Shown here piece after piece: positions 13,001-25,593 of a stretch of 64,000 nt of DNA (its first letter is position 1; the number at the start of each line of letters is the position of its first letter). The position numbers and the translations under genes were made by a program. The stretch is from Ramazzottius varieornatus. Its lineage: Eukaryota; Animalia; Tardigrada. Below the pieces are notes generated by a model that saw nothing but the letters and a program-made list of their open reading frames with translations, ran no database searches and had not been told where the DNA came from. Where the stretch lies: positions 3,737,324 to 3,801,323 of the forward strand of contig BDGG01000001.1 in the NCBI GenBank assembly GCA_001949185.1, read 5' to 3'.

Positions 13001-15153
13001 ACAACAAAATTCGAGCCAGTCTACTGGACAAACGAAAATGCTATTTTTATGCTCAACATTCTGCGTGAAAGACACATCGTGTTCGAAGACGAAGACTCGC
13101 AGCTGGGACAGCTTTTTCTTGTCGCTTCTGTACTTCCGGTCAGTACGGCAATTTGCGAAACGAGGTTTCTCCATCCAGAATGTAATCGAAACTATACGTC
13201 GAACTCGACTGAACGAACGAAGCTTGGACGCGCTCATGCGGATAGCCATAAACGGGCCGCCGCCAGGAGATATGGACTTCCTGAATATCACCATGTCATG
13301 GGTACGGTCTCGTAATTTTTCTTCTGAGTGGAAACCACCCCAAGCAAGCGCCGCTGATAGTGAGGACCTCGAAGGAATAGACCGGCAGCAGATATTGAGG
13401 CGATCTCCAGACAGCGTGCACAAGTTCAACATTATACGCGGGAAATGGCCGGAGACGAGGTAAGACTTTTTTGGCCGTATTTGTTCATCTAAAGACAACT
13501 GACAGTCTGTGAGACATTGTGCCTTTCCTTGTAGAGAGAAGCAGGATCGGAGCGTCATCCGAATCCAGCGAGGACCACTACGATGTAAAGAACACATCAC
13601 TGTACAGTCTTCCCCTGGAATATTTCCTGTACTTTCCACTTAGAATCCTTAGGCCTTCCTCAACGGGATCTCTTCAGCTGATGGCCGACACAGCCACTGC
13701 GAATAAAGGGGAAGCTAGCGAAGATGGTGTGGTGATGCAGTATTGATATTGACGGAGTCGAGCCTTGCATTGTGGGCTTTATCCGGAGAAGTTTCCTATG
13801 CCATGCATGTAAGTATGCATCATTCTGTTCTGTACGGACTGACGGTTTGATTGAAAATAGAATGTTTTCTAGGTTTCTGTTGTGGCTGCGGATACTTGTC
13901 TGATGCGCAGTCTCCCGGACGTTGTTTAGGCATAATCCCTTTTGGGGCGAACCCAAAGAAGTTCGAGTTTCGCCAGTCCGAAGCCACCGTCAAACATGCG
14001 GACTCGCCGCTGATCTTCGACTTCTGTATTCCTGTCACGAAACCAGCGTCAGCAAGGAATGCCCTCAAAGACGCCAAGGAAGCTCCACTGTCTCTGCAGC
14101 GTTTTTTTGACCGAACCTCGACTTGAGACTTCTTCGAGAACTCTTATACTGTTGGAACGACAGGACTACGGTAAGTCAAAGTCTGGGTATCGGTGGCCCA
14201 CTTTGTGTATGAACGGTAGCGAGTCAAATTGTTCAGGTTGAACTTCAAACTCGTTTGGTGGTCCCAGTGGTCAGGCGCCTACGTCAGAAAAATTTAAAGG
14301 GGATCGAAATTTCGAGTGAAAATGTTTGGAGGTTATAATGACGTCGTATATGACGAAACCCCATGTGGGGGCGTCTCAGCTGGTGATCAGCTCCAGAATT
14401 TTCGGGAAAGTCCTCCCAGAAGGGCAGAACAGTTTTCTGAGACTTCTGTCCGTGCTGAAGCGTGGCGGCTCTACCACGTGATACCCTCGAGTATTTTGAG
14501 AAACATTATGTCAAAAAAGTGTACAGTACTTTGGAAGCAAAAAGTTGGTACGCAGATTGGGTCGCCGAAGCCCATCCAGAGGCATGGCCGGCTTGGGCAT
14601 GAGTACTGTCGGCGGGTAAGTCCTGATGGTATTCCTGTTTTGATACCATGATAGGAAAATGTATTTGTTTAGGGAACGAGTGATTTCGACCGTACCCCGT
14701 TAGGCGCAGAGTTCTGAGTCTTAACCTGGTCGGTGGCACCCAGGTTTCCTTTCTGCGAGTGCCTCATAGTGAGAGCTCCAGCATAAGAAGTCAATGTGTG
14801 TTTTGATATAGTTAGTGAGTTATTTCTGTGTTATTAATCTCTAGTTTGTCTTTAGGTAAACTTGTGTGGCAAAGCGTATCCTGGACCCGGCACGGAAGTT
14901 CGGAGGTGAGGTGACGGAAGTGCAGACTCGACTTCGCAAGGTACGTTGTATCTGAAGTTCTGATAATACAGGGGGCTTTTTTCTGCAGTGAGGGTCTTAT
15001 CAGTATTTCTATTTGTTTCAGTTCATTTAGCAGGCGTTCGTGAAATCCTTATCCCGTCGACTGTTATGCTGTCCAGCCGTATCATCGGAGTTCACTTCGG
15101 CAAGTCTTCTCGTTCATCAGGCAAAAGATCTCGTCAAGAATGGCAAAGCCTAA
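10010..15153 (+). pseudogene. Decayed hAT transposase (ZNF862/KIAA1586-like) with introns and extra 3' exons
   Basis: hAT motifs DESTD, FATGGAS (catalytic D replaced by G), HCVAHRLQL, EIRWVAS, and dimerisation region PVSTAICE/RGFS..RTRL. A 1284-nt intron lies at 10926-12209. Multiple stops and frameshifts. Further GT-AG-bounded exons run to a TAA at 15153. Element ends were not found. Confidence 0.85.
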
Positions 15154-15805
15154 AAATACAGGGGACGGTCTAAATTCGGCCAGAACGAGCTCTTCTGGAC
15201 CTCGATATGTGGAGGATATTACTGTCACGTTTTTTGCATAGATATTATTGCTCAAGGTTCCACTTCCCCACTACAGTTGCTGGAAATTGTCAGATTTTGG
15301 CGAATTTAGCGAATGAAGGAGCGCATGCCGAGCGCGGTACTAAACTACGACATACACCTACCTACTGCAGCCCGACGCGCACCAGCACACATAAGTTACG
15401 TTATGCGGAGGAAGAAACTGTAACCCTCTTTTCTACGCTGACAAGAAACAATCGTGACAAAACAGAACGATACACATTAACATAACTTCACGAACTAGCT
15501 GACTGCAGTTCCGCATTGTTACTTGCGCCGTCAGAAAATCACGAAATATATAATTATTATAGTTTTACACAAGTAACCGTGTGGAACTGAAGTCTGATAA
15601 TCGAAAGACAACTTGATGGCAATTTCTTATTTACTGAGCATGATCAATTTTTTATATAACTAGGCAGCACTGTACAATTCCATATGTTGAAGAGAAACGT
15701 GTCAAAGTCTTTCAAGCGTCTCATATTGAAAGCAAAACTCATCAGAACTGCTATATTATTTTTCTTCCCGTTAAGTACGTACAGCCAGCTGGCTACGAGT
15801 GCAGG

Positions 15806-17226
15806 CTATGTCGTAGCTGCGGCCAATCGCTCGGTTATGCTCCGCCCACACTAGTCAAGTGAAAATTTCCAGCAACTCTATTCCCCACTAAAAAATTACA
15901 GTACCTTCATGTAGGAAGCTAAAACAGGCAGTCTTTTACCTTTCAAGTTGAAGAAGTCTCTTCTGAATGCGGAGTTCTTCAGCAAGATGTCCAGCGCCAA
16001 CTGACACTTCCAAAGTGACGTGGATGCCGGATCTGCACGCAGCTGTTCGACCGGCCAAGAAGGTAAGTCTTTGTCAGCGCAGTGCAAATAGGAACTGAGG
16101 AAGCCTACTATGAATTCTGCGAGTGAGGGATGGCTCAAAACGTACGTAGCCTCGTTACCAGATAGCTGGAAGATAATGTCGACAACCTACAAAAAGATGA
16201 ATGAGAAAGCGTGCAGTAGTATTGTCACTGTATAATATAGAGGGTCATATTGTGCGCACAAAACTGTTGAGTGGGTTCTCTGATAGCTGCCGTTTCTCGG
16301 ACAGTGTTTCAAGTTTGCTATTTCTCCATCCACGAAGAATGCTGGTGAGGACGTCGCAATGTACCAGCAGATCTAGGATTGGCGTGGAAGCGTGCAGGTA
16401 CGTGAGGTTGCGCAAGAGTCTGACTACACCTTGAAGTTTCTCGTTTTCCTTCCGCGCAGATGGTTCTTTGCCGCGGTTCTGGAAAGAGCAGGTACTCTTT
16501 CAGGTCGTTTCCAGCAAAAGCACGAAGTGCAAGACTGGCTCATATGCTTCATCGGCTGATTGAGGGGTCCACAAAATTTGATAACTATTTAAATTTTTCA
16601 CGCAAATTTCTACCTGCACCAATATATGTACAACCCTTGGAAGGAGATGATTGAGGCGATCCGTGAGCTTAGCTGCACTTTCTGCCGCATGTCGCGAACG
16701 TTGCTGGTTAGGCTGAAGATGTAGTACGAGTTGAGAAAGAATTTGAACCACTTTCAAAAATGATTCATCTAATGCATCGGAGCTTCGGTCTTCCTCCAAC
16801 AAATCCACTAGTCCTTCAAAATTGCTCGCCTATAGCAAAAAACCTTAATGTACCCTTCCGCATAATGGATTTTATTCATACGGCCTTTTTAACCAAGGAG
16901 TGTGGGGTTACCTTTTCAAAGTCAATCACACATCGACGCTGAGATGCATTTTCTATCAGGCGTTGGAAGGCTTCGCGTTTGGCATAGATTTCGGAAGATT
17001 GCTGACACGTGGATATCAAAGTGGCGACATCTGGCGCATGCGTAGACAAGATTCCGTTCCGCGATGCCGGATGAGGTCTCGTTGGTGCTCTAAGGTTCCG
17101 AGATACTGGTACAGGAATGGCTTTACTTTGAAGGGTAATATGCTCTGGCCTCTGACACCATCGAAGTTGGCGAACCCACTCCTTGACACTCTCGGAAGTA
17201 ATATAGGCGTGAACATTGTCTTCCAT
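15806..17226 (-). CDS. Hypothetical alpha-helical (ARM-like) protein, 5 exons
   Basis: In-frame splicing: MEDNVHAY..DFEK|ASNFEGLVDLL..ILVQ|NRGKE..VVRLLRNLT..NSF|VVDIIFQLSG..SYMK|CGRSITERLAAATT*. LLRNLT is ARM-like. Confidence 0.7.
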
Positions 17227-17583
17227 GGATTCGGAGCGTATCAGATCAGGAAGGGAGAACGGAGACTCTGCGTGAGATGGGATTGTGCTGATAGATTTGG
17301 ACACGGTTCGTCAGGTTTAGGGGAGGGGTCGTTGAATGGAACGCGGTGATGATTGCAGTGAACACCACACTCAAGATTGCTCACTTGGCTATAAAGCTCG
17401 AGATGGAGTTGAGCAACAACTCCACCTTCAAACTAAACTTAGATTTTGAGCTAGAACGTGGGATGGTTTGATGGTGGTTGAAACTCTGACTATTTGCTAT
17501 TGCCGGTGATGTTGAGCGAGCTTATTTACTAATCGAGAAGGTCGAACTGGCCGATTGTTATTGTATTAGACGTATAACGTCTC

Positions 17584-18079
17584 TCAATTTAGAGATTTGA
17601 TTTGGTGATTCGGGACCTTCCAGCATACATGCGATAGTGGAGTGCTTGACGCCTTGCCACAAGTGCTACTGCAGGCGGTGTAGGCGGCCACGGTCCAGCG
17701 GAAGCGCTCTGGTGGTCGTTGGGTGGTAGTGAGCAGTGCCTCTACCCGCAACGGCGTTCCCAGAGAGTCCTCGGCGATGTATGGGATATCGCCCTGGTGG
17801 GATATCGTCCGGTGGACTTCGGCTGCCGCCGTAGGTACGTCAATGTTGTCAGCGCGGCGGCGTCGACTGGGGATGTTGCTGCGGTCGCTGGAGATTTTGC
17901 CCTCCAGCGTCACACCAACGTTCCGCTTCTTGGTTACCAACTGGAGAAAGATTAATTTGAACCAAGTTTCGGGCGGAAGTTATGACGTGTGAGAGTGATA
18001 CAATGGCCGGGCTGCTACGTAGTTGCCCTACTTTCGGGTATCTTCGTTCAAACTGTGCTGCTGGTTGTATGCGCGTCAC
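17584..18079 (-). CDS. 3' exons of a gene with a single truncated ADAMTS-type TSP1 motif; upstream exons (to ~19270) unresolved
   Basis: VTRIQPAAQFERRYPK|LVTKKRNV.. joined by a GT-AG intron. Contains FRWTVAAYTACSSTCGK (W-x6-CSxTCG). Confidence 0.4.
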
Positions 18080-19366
18080 CTACAATAATATCAATATATA
18101 TTGTATGCCCGATGTCATCGGTCCCTCTGACTTCCGAAGCAAGTTTCATTGCCAATCTTTATTTTTGCGTGATAGCTCGAACTCTCTTCCTCGGGAAAAT
18201 CCAGAGCGATCGAGATGCGACTACCGTACTCAAAGTTACCACGAGGAAACTTTACGCCTGAAACGCGAAAGTGGCGCACGAACTGAATTTTCCGGGTACT
18301 TTCCAGAAATTGATTCATTTTTCTCGAGCTCGTTTTAGCTTTTCCGATAGAAGCGCTCACGTAGAACGATAGGGCATCCAAACTAACACCAAGAGCGAAC
18401 TTTCGTTCGGGATTGACCGCCGCAAAAATTTAAACTCGTCGAAAAAGTTGCATTCTGCTCGGATCACTAGCAGCCCTTAATTGAAACGTCCTTTGTCTAC
18501 AAGTCATATAGAAGAACCTCTTCTTTGATTTCGTAGATAACAAAGGGGGGTTACCACTCGTAGATAAGAGTAAGAAAATAAAACGTAGCACTGATTTTTC
18601 AAACAGTTTTCAAAAACTAAGTGTACAAAGTTGGTGTGGCCGCACTGTGGTTTATCGACTGACATTGATAAAACGACCTTGGGCATTTGATAATAACCGT
18701 CAGCTACACGTGCGTAATCTAAACAGTGCGTTGGGATGAGGATAATCTTCCTTGTCCTGGATATGATAGGTGCGCGCAGGATGATTAACAGGCAGTTACC
18801 AAACCCCGTACTTCGATTTAGGATTCACAGGGCTGCCCAGAGGACAGGCGGAAGCATCTGCGAACTCAGCTATGTTGGACAGCGGCCAGTTGGGACGAAA
18901 TCGTTGCGGACTATGCGTCGCTGTCAGTAAACGGATGCTTTCAGTTTGCAAGAGGTCGGGTAGTCGAGCACCATTCTTGGGCACCCGGAAGAGAGAACAC
19001 TTGCTTTGATTATGTGATTACGCATGGTGGCTATCAAGGGACGGCCGGCTCTCGTCGATGGACCACTAAGACAGGGAGACAGCTTTTGGGCAAATGGCTG
19101 ACCCATAGAGTTTCATTAACCAAAATTTGGTGATCGATTTCGATTAGGTCTTGCGTTTGTTCGGTTACTAATGTGCCCAAGATGACTGCAGTAGATACCA
19201 AAAACGTAGAAAACCGCAGTTTTGTCTTCGAGAACTCCAGAGTAGCCTTCAAAGTTCGGCATTGCCACATTTCAAACCTTGAATAGTGTGCCAACGTCAG
19301 GCACCAACAGCCGTACAACGGCACGACGGTATGAGATGTGGGTTTTGCCTGAAAAACATGTTTTGC

Positions 19367-20456
19367 TTATGTTTGTTTTTTGCTTTTGGATTTCTTGGGG
19401 TTCTTGGAATGGCTCTTCGATTTGCAGATAGGACAGATGGGAGCATTTCGGTGGATGTCTTGCCCACAATTTGGACATCGCTGCAAAGACCATAATTCAT
19501 CATGCAGTCACACAGAGAAGCTGGACTACTTGTCGTATATCCGAGATGAAGCTAAATGAAGCTGCAACAAGCATACCTTCATAGGCGGAGCGCGCTGGCT
19601 GATCTTCAGTGAGGAATCGCCGATGCTGAGAGGGTTAGTTCCCATCATGTTGCTCAAGATGGACCCTTGGTCCGGATGATGCTGTGAGCCAAAGGCGGGC
19701 ATGCAGGGATGGAAGGCGCCGAAAGATTCCTGTTGGCCAGGTGGCACCACCATGTGGGGAAAGTGCACCGTTGGATGTTCCATTCTGTAACAGCAGTTCG
19801 GTTTCAAAGCCGGAAGTATCCAGAACTTGATGCTAAATATAGATCTCCGCAGCGTACCGTCTCATCAGGTTGACAGGTATGTGGATACCTTCCTCCGACA
19901 AGTCCGGCACACTTTCGAGTTCGAAAGATCGACGCATCCGGTCGACATCATCCTTGACTTCGATGTACTCTTCGAAGCACTGGTCCTGCTTCTTGGACAG
20001 GTACTGCCGGCATTCCTGGCTTTTCTTCAGAATACCGTTCATCTATTGGAGGAAACAACGTCACGTTAGACTAATCTGCGCTCAACTGTCGGCCTTTAAA
20101 CTCGTGGTCTTGTTTCTGCCATTCAAACAAATATATTATTACCGGCTATGAGAATACAGAGCTTTGATCACTAAAACATCATCTCTAGGATCAACCCGAG
20201 CCGACCAGCTCGCATCAAAATTTTGGAGGCTTACGTCTTCAATGTCTTTATTGATGAGTCGTAGGATTTCCACATGACTTTGTTTCTCCTGTTCCAGAAG
20301 CTCCAGTTCTGCCCGAAAGTCCTCCAGCAGTTTCTCCTCGGAAGCCATCTGCTTGTGGTTCTCCTTCAGCTGAGATGCGACTTCTTCCAGGCGTTCGTGG
20401 CGAGTCTTGAGAAACTTCAGCGACTGCAACTTGGCCATCCAATCTTCGTCCTCCAT
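19367..20456 (-). CDS. ZC4H2: Zinc finger C4H2 domain-containing protein
   Basis: N-terminal coiled coil ([18 protein letters not shown]) and spliced C-terminal PPMK|[30 protein letters not shown], the ZC4H2 signature. Confidence 0.95.
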
Positions 20457-21273
20457 CCCTCCAACAGGGTTCCGGATTTCCGAGAACGAGGAAGAAAAGA
20501 GTAAGATAGTGGGATTGTATCTTGTAACAGGTTGGAGATTTCCTGAGTGAAGCTAGCAATAGAGACTGACTATTTACGGCAATGTCATCCAACGTCGGCA
20601 AAGGAGCAAAGACGAATCAAAGCTATAAAAGTATTGACGAAAGGGAAGGGAGGAAGAGGAGAAGAGAGAGACAATAATGAGATGTCCACATTCCGTCAGG
20701 CCCTCTTGAAGATCGATTCTATTGATGGGATTAAAGATGCGTGAAAAGGCACAGACTGATTAGGCATTAGCCAGCTACTCGTCTCGATCAATGTTCCCAA
20801 CTTTCATCTGACTGCACCGTTGTCCTATTGCACCGCGAAACAGGCCCTACAACGATGGACCTTCAGGAACTAAGTAGGAGACAAAATACGCTGCAGAATG
20901 TTTGATTCGGATCATAAAGCGTTCAGCTCCGTCAAGGGTGGATGCTCCCTTGACAGATCACGGAAGGAAAAGCACTGCGATCGAGAAGCAAACAAAGCAA
21001 AGCAAGGCTGCGGGCGGCTATTAATCGTCGCTGTTGTAGTTGTCACCTGATTGCTATTCTTTTCACGCATCTCGATTGCTGTTAAGTTAGGTACCTGACT
21101 GCAGGTGCCGAAGCGCACTATGTGAATTCTCTGTCTTCACCTGCCACGAAAAGAAGTGACAAATCCAGAGAATGCCGACAGTCTTCTCCTTAACTGCAGA
21201 TGGATGTCGATGAGTATTTACTTCATCTCTAAAGCGTACCGAGCTAACGAGCTAAGCAGGGTAGATGTGACAA

Positions 21274-21597
21274 TACTGTATGCTCTCCCGAAATTCACGT
21301 ACAGTGTAGGCAAATAAGGTACTCTAAAAGGGGGAGGGCCAAAATCGAGTTTTCGACAAGTGACGTAGAAACTCCGGCTCGAAGTAATCAGCAGATCAAG
21401 CGGCAGTTCACGTCTCTGGATTGCAGCTTGATCAGCTGTTTGCTTTCTGCGTCACGTCGATTTTGGCCTTGCCCCCTTTTAGAGTACCTTATTTGCCTAC
21501 ACTGTACGTCACTGACTCTCAAATCATGGGGGTCTTACCGTCTAGTTTTACACTCTGAATGGAGTGACGTACGTGAATTTCGGGAGAGTATACAGTA
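21274..21597. mobile_element. MITE (outer element; Stowaway/Tc1-mariner-like TIR ctctcccgaaattcacgtacgtcact)
   Basis: Terminal inverted repeats tactgtatgctctcccgaaattcacgta / tacgtgaatttcgggagagtatacagta. The left TIR is split by the inner MITE. Confidence 0.85.
21302..21504. mobile_element. Tc1/mariner-type MITE, 203 bp, TA target duplication
   Basis: TIR cagtgtaggcaaataaggtactctaaaagggg, with its exact reverse complement ending at 21504. TA on both sides. Confidence 0.92.
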
Positions 21598-21613
21598 TAC
21601 TGTACGTAGCAAG

Positions 21614-21756
21614 CCTATTAATTATCGCCGGGACAAGATCACCGGCCACCGGCCAAAAAACGGCAGCTTCCAGCTGAGTTGAACAATCAAACTAATCAGT
21701 CGTCTGCTGCCGCTCTCGTCCGGTGGCTTGTAATTTTGTCCCGGCCGACAATTAGG
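21614..21756. mobile_element. Short degenerate inverted-repeat element (MITE-like)
   Basis: taattatcgccgggacaagatcaccggccaccgg pairs imperfectly with ccggtggcttgtaattttgtcccggccgacaatta. Confidence 0.7.
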
Positions 21757-22196
21757 CGACCTGCGCGTCCGTCAAGAGTCGACTAGCCTACAGCCAAAGT
21801 CCATCAGCTATGCTTAATAATGCACTGTGCTACAGCCGTTCTTTATTGCGAATTGTGTGACGCAGTAAGCAATGGCTACAATAAGGAAGCGCACGCGAAT
21901 GAAAATATGGAATAGAGGGATAAAGTGTCTTGAAGTTGTCTGGCGCATGGAAAGCTCACCAATGATTTACGCCAGTCATGAGAACCGTACGGCAGAAAGA
22001 TGAAGGAGACTCCGATCTATAGGCCGAGATAACCTGAATCGGCAAAACTAATTCCTGGACGTCCTTGCAAAGTTCGGGAACAGGGCAGCAACTGTCCCGA
22101 TGACGTAATCGGAGCTCTCTGAGGTAATCAACTTTGATTTGGTTTTTGATTGATCGCAAGGCGGTCAGCTGATCGGCACGATGCCAGTAACGGAAG

Positions 22197-22632
22197 TAGA
22201 GCACGGAATCTGGCCGCATGCGCTGCACTGCACTGCAGCTGTGCTGTGCTGCAGCACAGCTGCAGCGCGTGGACTGACGAAATTTTTGCGGCACAGCACA
22301 GCATACAGCAGAAAGCCATAGACTACCGCGCAGATGCACCTACCGAAACCTAACAACCATCACAGTTTTTGGGCATTCGAACGTCAGCCGTCTCAGCTTT
22401 GCCGTACTTTAGGGCAACTTTCTCCAGGTTGACTACCGATTTCGCTGACTGAATTATAAACCACGTCAATACATCGGCGTTCCGCGCAGTTGCACCAGGT
22501 CAACGTGCATCTGCAGCACAGCTGCTTAGCCATTGGACATGAAAGTTGTGCAGCGCAGCGCAGCGTACAGCGCCCTGGTAATGTGCGCAGCACAGTTACA
22601 GCGTACTTTTGGACCTGCGGCCCAGTGCTCTA
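22197..22632. mobile_element. Non-autonomous hAT-like element with ctgcagcacagctgc subterminal repeats
   Basis: Termini tagagcac..ggccgca / tgcggcccagtgctcta. Flanks aacggaag and accggacg match 6/8, consistent with a decayed 8-bp TSD. Confidence 0.7.
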
Positions 22633-22692
22633 ACCGGACGCCGCGCAATTTGCACTCACGCAGCTTCCAGCACTGTGTTGAGCTGTTCGGAC

Positions 22693-23197
22693 GCCGATCT
22701 TCGTTTTGGTGCTTTACCTGATAGGTATGTCTCATAGATTACTATAAAGAGCAGGAAGAGATGCTGTGAAGCCCCTCCCTGAAGCTGGAGAAAATCCTGA
22801 AAGAGTGGAGCCATTGTCTACCCCGTATAGCACCACTGAGTTCTTGGGGTGTTTACTGGTCCTTGTATCGTGGGTCGCATGGAGTCACCGGTAGCAAAAA
22901 CGAAGTAAGTGTACTCCTGAACACGTTTACTGCTTCAGGTAAGTCAAAGAAAGTTTTCGGTTTTCATCGACATTTTCCTCAGAGACCACCACGGGAAGTA
23001 ACAACGGTGGAAATCGAAAATTCTTTTTGCCGTGCCTGAAACCGTAGAAGTGTTCAGGAGTACATTTGCTTCGTTTTTGCTGCCGNNNNNNNNNNNNNNN
23101 NNNNNNNNNNNNNNNNNNNNNNNNNNNNNNNNNNNTGCTCTTTATAGTAATCTGTGAGACATACCTATCAGGTAAAAGCATCAAAACGAAGATCGGC
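22693..23197. mobile_element. Foldback / long palindromic element spanning an assembly gap
   Basis: 22693-22752 is inverted against 23136-23197, and 22890-22970 against 23005-23085. Centre near 22990. Confidence 0.8.
23086..23135. other. Assembly gap (50 N)
   Basis: Run of N. Confidence 1.
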
Positions 23198-23269
23198 CTC
23201 TGGTCGTCCTGACCGTTTCCTCGTCAGGTTTAAGCAGTTGAAACTGAAACTTTTTGCTTCCATTACTCA

Positions 23270-25593
23270 CGAGGGGACTATGCTTGTCCTCCGCCTTTCT
23301 GAATATTCTGACATGATAGAATGATGGAGAAGATTCTGCTATATCGTCTGAAACAGGCGTAGCGTGCGCAATGAAATCCTGGAAGATACTACAGGAACCG
23401 GAAGTGACGTCAAAATCTGGGCGGTACATGGTTTATTCAATCAAGCAGTTTGATTTCGGTCTTGTTGATTCGTTGTTGATGGACAAAGTTGCGCTATGTT
23501 TTAGAATACAAGCGAATCACTTGTGCTGAGAAGTTTCTTTCCTCTCTTTTGCTCCTCCCGATAGCGCCCTTGAATCCGTTAATCCCCTCAACATCTGAAA
23601 CCTACTGCTGTTGGACTACGAGCAACATTTCCAACTGAGCGACTCTCCGAGCGAATCTGACAGGATGTTGGAGACACTCATCAAAGGTACGGGTACTGTA
23701 AACTTCTACAATTATGTCGATTTCCTAGAGCATACCTCAGGTTTGGTCTTGTGCTTACAGATTTCTTGGACGTCCAGATCGACCAAGCTGGAAGTCCGAT
23801 ATCGGCCACTGAAGAAGATCTTCAGTATGAACTCCCGATTGGCGTATCGACTTTCGATCAGCTGGAAATGTGTATCGCTGAAACCAACCTGTTCCATGGA
23901 CATTGCGAAGCAGACTTCGAATCCACTCCGAATGATCGCCTTATCGAACCTGCTTCAAGTGGAACAGAACCTTCTTCCCATGAGCTGCTTGTACCCCGAA
24001 CACCGAAAGTGGCACCAAACCAGGCTGCTGATTTTGCTTACAAAAAACGTGCAGATGGTTACTGGACCAATGTCTCTTCCAAGAAGCGTCGTAGCCTGGC
24101 CTGTGTGCAGGACAAGTTTAAGAAAGTTACCAGCGAGAATAGAGAAATCACGTTGGAGAAGAAGGCTCGCGGATCGATAAGCTGGAACCGATACGACTGG
24201 AGACAGGAGAGAAGTTCTTCCTTGCCAAGCAAGAGCCTAACGTAGTGAAAGATTTTATAGCCAACCGTGAGATTGGGCTTTCTGGTTCACAGCTTCTCCT
24301 CATTGGGTTGGAAAGTTCAAAAAGTAAGGATAATGTCAGACATGATCATTTACTCAATAAAGTTGAAGTTTTCGACGTTTGTCGTCTTATCGATCGTTGG
24401 TAGATACCATAACATCTGCGACAGAAATATCACGAAGTTTGTCACCGAAAAGTACCTGAAAGAAGTTCCAGACAGGAAGAAGAGTGCCGAAGAGTGCGTT
24501 GCTGTGGTTAGAGAAAGAATCCAGGCGTACGGGAAAGACTGTCTGTGGAATGCTGATCAGAATGGATTCGAGTACGAGATGAGACCAGGTCGAACTCTGG
24601 ATTTCGTCGGTGCAAAGCACGTTTTTAGCACTCACACAGTCTCAGAACTCGATGACTCACAGCTACACTGTTATGATGTGCGTTTCACCAGGTGTCCGCA
24701 AGTTTTTGCCCGTTCTCTTCATCACGCTGCAAGAACCAAAAAGAATCTTCGGACCACTTGTGAAAAAGTCCATGTTTAAAGCTAGTAACCTGTATGTCAC
24801 TGCTTCCACGTCTAGCAAGGTGACCAAGGAGCTCTACATCGAATGGTGCGAGAAGGTTTTCTTTCCGCACATGAATCAGCACTGTATATTCCTTGCTGAT
24901 TCTTGGACGACGTTTTCTGACCAAGAAGCCGTACATGAAATCAAACCGGAAGAACTGAAATATGCAATGATCACTATACCACATGAAGTCACTGGTCAGA
25001 TTCAACCACTGGACGTTCTTTGCTTCCGGATGTACAAGGGGTTATTTCAGGAAGGTTTCGAACTGGATATTCTTGAACAATCAGCCGGTTCAAGTCCACC
25101 ATCGGGACGTCATATCGAAAATGCATTCCCTGATTTACCAGCTGTTTACTTCTCCTAGATTTTCTAACCTCATTTCTCAAGCTTGGCATTTGTCAGGTTA
25201 TGTCGACAGGTCCGTAGAATATGTTAACCCCACAGAATTCTTTTTTGCAAGGACTGGCTGGTCGTTGTGACCATGATAAGTGGGAGCGTTCCTTGCTTCT
25301 GAAATGTGAATTATGTGAAGCTCCTCTGTTTCCACCACATTTACGAAAAACATCATTTCTGTAAGATTTACCTTCCTTGACAATCTGAAGTTGAGTTTCG
25401 CATAGTACGTGAGGTCGATAAAATCAATAGGTTTGTACCGCCCAGATTTTGACGTCACTTCCGGTTCCTGTAGTGTCTTCCAGGATTTCATTGCGCAAGC
25501 TACGCCTGTTTCAGACGACACAGCAGACTCTTCTCCATCATTCTATCCTGTCAGAATATTTCAGAAAGGCGGAGGACAAGCATAGTTCCCTCG
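23270..25593 (+). mobile_element. Tc4/Tc5-type DNA transposon, 2324 bp, with frameshifted DDE_1 transposase
   Basis: About 160-bp TIRs (cgaggggactatgcttgtcc.. / ..ggacaagcatagttccctcg). TCA is duplicated within a C-TCA-G target. Transposase motifs WNADQNGF, SMTHSYT, LADSW and IQPLDV are spread over several frames (24330-25270). Confidence 0.93.

Noticed and set aside
14670-14940. Possible Ulp1-like protease motif (PA*EVNVC) in the transposase extension
   Set aside because: No convincing His/Asp partners, and the sequence is too decayed to call.
15021-15149. Minus-strand xLCHS*RDLL after an acceptor, resembling the missing F-box exon of the 7620-8656 gene
   Set aside because: Several stops and no matching upstream F-box exon. 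The plus strand here reads better as the last exon of the transposase-linked gene.
19286-19495. Small TM-like plus-strand ORF
   Set aside because: It is the reverse complement of the Lys-rich last exon of ZC4H2.
21956-22735. Cys/Ala-rich ORFs
   Set aside because: They arise from ctgcagcacag subterminal repeats of a non-autonomous element.
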